The notes beneath the pieces were generated by a model. It saw only the letters and a program-made list of their open reading frames with translations, was not told the origin of the DNA and did not search any database. The position numbers and the translations under genes were made by a program. Shown here piece by piece: positions 59,785-64,000 of a DNA stretch of 64,000 bases (within the stretch, counting starts at the first letter, position 1; each line of letters begins with the position of its first letter). Source of the DNA: Octopus sinensis. Its lineage: Eukaryota. The stretch is from positions 1 to 64,000 of the forward strand of contig NW_021833121.1 of assembly GCF_006345805.1 (NCBI RefSeq), read 5' to 3'.

Positions 59785-61100
59785 TAACATCATTATTTAA
59801 CATCCGTTGTCCATGCTGGCATGGGTTGGACAGTTTGACTGGGCTGGCACTGGAAGGCTGCACAAGACTCCAGTCTTATTTGGCATGTTTTCTATGACTG
59901 GATGCCCTTCCTAATGCCAACCACTCCAAGAGAGTAATGGGTGCTTCTACATGCCACTGACATGGGTACCAGTTTGCATGACACAGGTATGTGCCACGAC
60001 TGTGATCATGTTTGGCTTGATGGGTCTTCTTCTCAAGCACAGCATAATGCCAATGGTCTTGGGTATCGTCTCTGTGAGGCACAACAAATGAATGGAACTC
60101 AACCAAATTGCCTCCGTCAGGCCCAATACTTGAAAGGAACTCAGCCACTTTGCCACCATGAGGCCCAATGTTCAAAAGATGTTCTTTACATGCCACCAAC
60201 ATTGTAGCTCCTCTTCCCTCTCACCAGATTTCTCAATTAGGGTGTCTCTAAATCTCTGACGAGTGAAAGGTCCTTAAGCTTCCAAATCTTTCTTTTCCAT
60301 ATTGGTCTGCTTCTTGGCTTCCTTATGGCCTGGAGTTTGGTGGGGGGTACATTCTTCACCATGGAGGGTTTTAGTATTTAAGAAGAACCATGCATCACAC
60401 CGTCTAGTGAGAATGAAATTGATCTGGCTGGCTTCCTGAAGTTGGTGTTGCAGATCAAAAGTTTATTTGCATCAAAGAACTCCAGTAGCCTTGTCCCCTC
60501 TTTGTTTCGGAAACCAATTCCATGGCTTCCATGAACACCATGGAAGATACCAGGCTGCCGTCTGACATGCCCATTGAAATTCCCAGCCACAAAGACAAAA
60601 TCGTTGTCTCTCATCTTTGAGGTAGCCTGCAGAAGAATATCATAAAAGTGGTCCTTTTGTTCATTTAGTAGGCCCGCTTGTGGGGGCGTAGGCAGATATA
60701 ATTGTAGCTATACTATTCTGCAAAACTAACCTGAGCTTAAGTACTCACACTCTGACTACCTCTATGACCTAATCCACCGATTTCTCTGCAAGAAGTATTT
60801 CTATACCACCTACTCTGTCACTGTTACCTTCCCAGAAGATTTTGTACCTGCGTGTCTTACCTGTGAAGAATCTGGCAGAAGCCCCCTTCCACCTTACCAC
60901 TTGGATGTAACATACATCAACACGCCTCCATTCAAGCATTTCTATAATCTTGTTAGACCTACATTTCAATGTGCTTACATTTAGAGTGCCAACTCTGAAA
61001 ACCAGGAAAGGGATGTGGGAGGGAACATGGGAAGGAGTGATGTTATTCAGCACCTGAAAAGAAGGTTTCCATGATAGTTTGATGACAGACATGTCAAAAC
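59785..61100 (-). mobile_element. RTE LINE with RT deleted (5' region and EN joined to 3' UTR)
   Basis: ORF 60769-61092 (FRVGTLNVSTLK..DVCYIQVVRW) and 60378-60614 (AGNFNGHV), then a jump at about 60190 into the 3' UTR. Confidence 0.85.
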
Positions 61101-61305
61101 AGTTGGTCTCGCTTTTAACCTATCATCATTCAAACATGTTAAAATTTTTGCCTCTACTGGGGGTGAGAGTAAACTAAGCATTGTAATATAAGTGTTACTG
61201 CAGTTGCAAATATAGATATAAATAGGCCAATGTTAAATTAAATCAGTAAGTAATGGGCTGCTATTTGGCTGGGTTAGTCCAGTATATATATATATATATA
61301 TATAT

Positions 61306-61336
<31 letters not shown>

Positions 61337-61449
61337 AAATGAGAAGTGGTGAGAAGAAGGAGGAAGATGGTTTGGAAGTGAGGGAGGGATGAAGGTATGT
61401 ATGTCATCTGGTTCAGAAGTGAGGCGGCACTTTGTGGGAGCTTTCGGTA

Positions 61450-61534
61450 TAAGGGAAGAGTTTACCAGTATAAGAGAAGAGATTACCAGTATAAAGAGAA
61501 GGGATTTCAGGTATGACGGAAGGGATTTCCGGTA
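61450..61534. repeat. Minisatellite, four copies of about 21 bp
   Basis: TAAGGGAAGAGTTTACCAGTA / TAAGAGAAGAGATTACCAGTA / TAAAGAGAAGGGATTTCAGGTA / TGACGGAAGGGATTTCCGGTA. Confidence 0.75.
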
Positions 61535-61665
61535 TTGGTGGTGGGGCAGGAATGTGTGGGCCCATCACAAACAAGAAATGTTAGAAATGGTTAGCTTTGC
61601 CACAAGAAAATTGAAATAGCAGCAAAGCAAAGAACAATAGAAACACAAGGAGTGATGCACAACCA

Positions 61666-61865
61666 CATGAGGGGGTGCTGAAAAGTTCCTGGCTTTAAGA
61701 GTATCACAGCCTTCTGAGATTTTTTACAGAGCTTAGAAAAACTGAAGGACCACTGCAATAAGTGTGTGAATCTGAGAGAGGAATATGTTGAATAAAATTA
61801 TAATTAACTAATCCTTCTCTATTTTCTTTTATCCAAATCCAGAAACTTTTCAATACCCCTTGATA
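61666..61865. mobile_element. mariner-type MITE
   Basis: Imperfect TIRs GAGGGGGTGCTGAAAAGTTCCTGG and CCAGAAACTTTTCAATACCCCT. Confidence 0.7.
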
Positions 61866-61899
61866 AATATATACATATATATATATATACATATATATA

Positions 61900-62965
61900 T
61901 ATAGTGTGAATTTACAAAAAAACAAAAGACGAAGACAGGCGTGTAAACAACAAACAGATGTATTAGTTTAATGCTTGGGAAGTGAGAAAGTCTTTTATGT
62001 TTCAAGCCTACACTCATCGACAGAAAGGAACACAGAAATAAACAGGTAGAGAAAATAGTAAAGTTTTAGTGGCTGGTGATCTATCATCATGAATGCCGGA
62101 CAGAGGGGTCACATAGGAGAGCTAGGAAGAAGGGGAGATAATAAAGTAGTGGTGATGATAAAATGAAGTTATGCATGCATGTATGTGAGAGCGTGTATGT
62201 GCATGTGGAAGGGGGCTGGTGACCTCGAAATGTGCGTGTGCATGTGTAGGAGTGTGGATGATGGTGTAGGTGCTGGGAAGTGGTCACTGCTAGTGTGTGC
62301 AGGGTGGTGTGATATAGTGTGGTATGGTGGTTTATGGTGGTGTGTGATTGTGTGGTGTGGTGTAGTGGAGGTGAGAGTGGGGGAAGCAAGGGTGGATTCT
62401 AAGGGATGGGATGTATAGGGATGGTGCAGTTAGAATGTGTAGGGGTGGGTAACGAGGGAGGACGTGATGATGAAGGGAGAGGGTGGAAGGAAGAAGAGGT
62501 GGGTAGGAGTGAAGAGAGGAAGTAGGCGTTAGAGCAAGAGAGGAGAGGTGGGTGGGAGGAACTAGATGTGAGATGAAGAGAGGAGAGAGGAGGAGAGTCA
62601 GATGAAGAGGGGAGGAGAGTTGAGCCCATGTGACACAAAGGAGTGAAGAGAGAAGTTTAATCCCTGCTCATGGCGAAGACGGGAGCTCAGATCGCCCCTG
62701 TGCAAGGACAATCTGAACACAGACAGATACTGTAAAGAGTGACTGGTAGAGCAGAAATGGCATTAGACTGGGATGTTGTGGCCAAGTCTGATCAGCCAAG
62801 TGCGTCCTGTTTGACCAATGTATAGAGAAGGACAGAGAGAGCAGGAGATGCAGTAGATGACATTGCTAGAAATGCAGGCAAAGGAGTCAGTGAAATGATA
62901 GGGCTGATGATGGGTGCCTGTGAGGAGGGTGGTGTTGGAGAAGTAAGGGCAAGTCTGGCATAAAT
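61900..62965 (-). mobile_element. Penelope-like element 3' part (GIY-YIG endonuclease and tail)
   Basis: Minus strand TDSFACISSNVIYCISCSLCPSLYIGQTGR (GIY-YIG), followed by a pyrimidine-rich tail and a pLTR-like end. Confidence 0.85.
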
Positions 62966-63044
62966 GTATGTATATACATATATATATATGTTAGAAATAT
63001 TGAATTTCTAAATGTCTCAGAGACATGAGCGGTGGTGGAGCGAT

Positions 63045-63380
63045 AGAGTGGTTGTATACTGTCAACATAACATGACAGTCCTGTAAAGAGAATTACACCA
63101 CCACTATTTAGCCCTAGGAAGCATCGATGCTTCCTGTTGGCTTTGACACATTTCCTGTATCCTTATATTTGTGAAGGGGAGGCAAGCAACCCCACCAGCT
63201 GGACAGATGACAGGTGCTAATCCTAACTGGTGGAGGTGCTTGCCTCCCCTTCACAAATATAAGGACCACAGTAATGTGTCAAAGCCGACAGGAAGCATCG
63301 ATGCTTCCTAGGGCTAAATAGCGGTGGTGTAATTCCCTTTACGGGACTGTCACATTATGTTGACAGTATACAACCACTCT
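63045..63380. mobile_element. Foldback MITE, about 155-bp inverted arms around a short loop
   Basis: AGAGTGGTTGTATACTGTCAACATAA... and ...TTATGTTGACAGTATACAACCACTCT; each arm contains the palindrome AGGAAGCATCGATGCTTCCT. Confidence 0.9.
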
Positions 63381-63486
63381 CTCTTTCTCTCTCTCTAGAT
63401 ATATATATATAATAAATATTAGGGAATAAATTCAAACTTACAGGGAAAAATCAGATTTAGGATTGAATCCAATTTTATAGTAAAAT

Positions 63487-63842
63487 ATTATATTATATTA
63501 AATTAGAGACAAAACCACTATTAGGCAAATCAAACAATGAAAAACTTGAGCCAATACATAATATTTAATTTATATTGTTTAAATGTAACAAAATTATTAA
63601 AAAAATATAATTAATATCACACTACAATCGTTTCCTGCCTGCTAACTTCTTCAAATTTTTGAGCCGCAGTCATTCATCAGGTGGTTTAACTATTTATCTT
63701 ATCGAGGTGTGATATTAATTATATTTTTTTAATAATTTTTTGTATTTTAAATAATATAAATTAAATATTATGTATTGGCTCAAGTTTTTCATTGTTTGAT
63801 TTGCCTAATAGTGGTTTTGTCTCTAATTTAATATAATATATA
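63487..63842. repeat. Inverted repeat, about 136-bp arms (63487-63622 and 63707-63842), enclosing a hammerhead-like core
   Basis: TATTATATTAAATTAGAGACAAAACCACTATTAGGC...TTAATATCACAC is mirrored almost perfectly; the spacer on the minus strand contains CTGATGA...GAAACGATTGTA. Confidence 0.9.
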
Positions 63843-63934
63843 TAGTATATATATATATATATAGATATATATATATATATATATAATAATATATATATAT
63901 AATATATATATATATCTAATATATAAATCGAATT

Positions 63935-64000
63935 GAACCAGCCAGGATCCCTGGTCTGGTGGTACGTAAAAAGCACTATCCGACTCGTGGCTGATGCCAG
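63935..64000 (+). mobile_element. RTE 3' UTR fragment running off the window edge
   Basis: GGTGGTACGTAAAAAGCACTATCCGA..GCTGATGCCAG matches the family UTR repeat unit. Confidence 0.7.

Noticed and set aside
61985-62030. Hammerhead-like motif in the Penelope tail (TCGATGAG-TGTAGG-CTTGAAACATA, minus strand)
   Set aside because: The core is altered (UCGAUGA), stem III has decayed and no adjacent stem I forms; probably a dead pLTR motif.
1-64000. The many 60-130 aa ORFs in the supplied track
   Set aside because: Apart from those cited, they are antisense or alternate frames of RTE copies, microsatellite read-throughs (YIYI, THTH) or low-complexity DNA. No rRNA, genuine tRNA gene or prokaryotic operon was seen.

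Overview
Eukaryotic, AT-rich, transposon-saturated genomic DNA. The repeat landscape (an RTE LINE family with (GAT)n tails, tRNA-derived SINEs, Penelope, Tc1/mariner, piggyBac, Helitron-like elements) is the one I associate with octopus/coleoid cephalopod genomes; that assignment is recognition from memory, not a search. The only host gene I can support is a minus-strand immunoglobulin-superfamily gene. It has two clean phase-1/phase-1 Ig-domain exons (53225-53527 and 17596-17916) about 35 kb apart, a candidate tiny terminal exon (17490-17512) and a doubtful leader exon (54276-54380). Most of the rest is decayed TEs: more than a dozen copies or fragments of a PHD-finger-carrying RTE, one younger BovB-like RTE, a Gypsy>piggyBac>RTE nest, two Penelope remnants, Tc1, mariner, Tigger, L1/Tx1-like fragments, SINEs and MITEs. 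The best leads are: a well-formed hammerhead ribozyme on the gene's sense strand inside the long intron, with an inverted twin; an Ig exon tightly bracketed by inverted RTE 3' ends (circRNA/ADAR-type architecture); a possible LTR-polyadenylated secreted isoform; and several templated or segmental duplications. TE boundaries are approximate (tens of bp); exon, TSD and ribozyme coordinates were counted by hand. Identity values are by-eye estimates.
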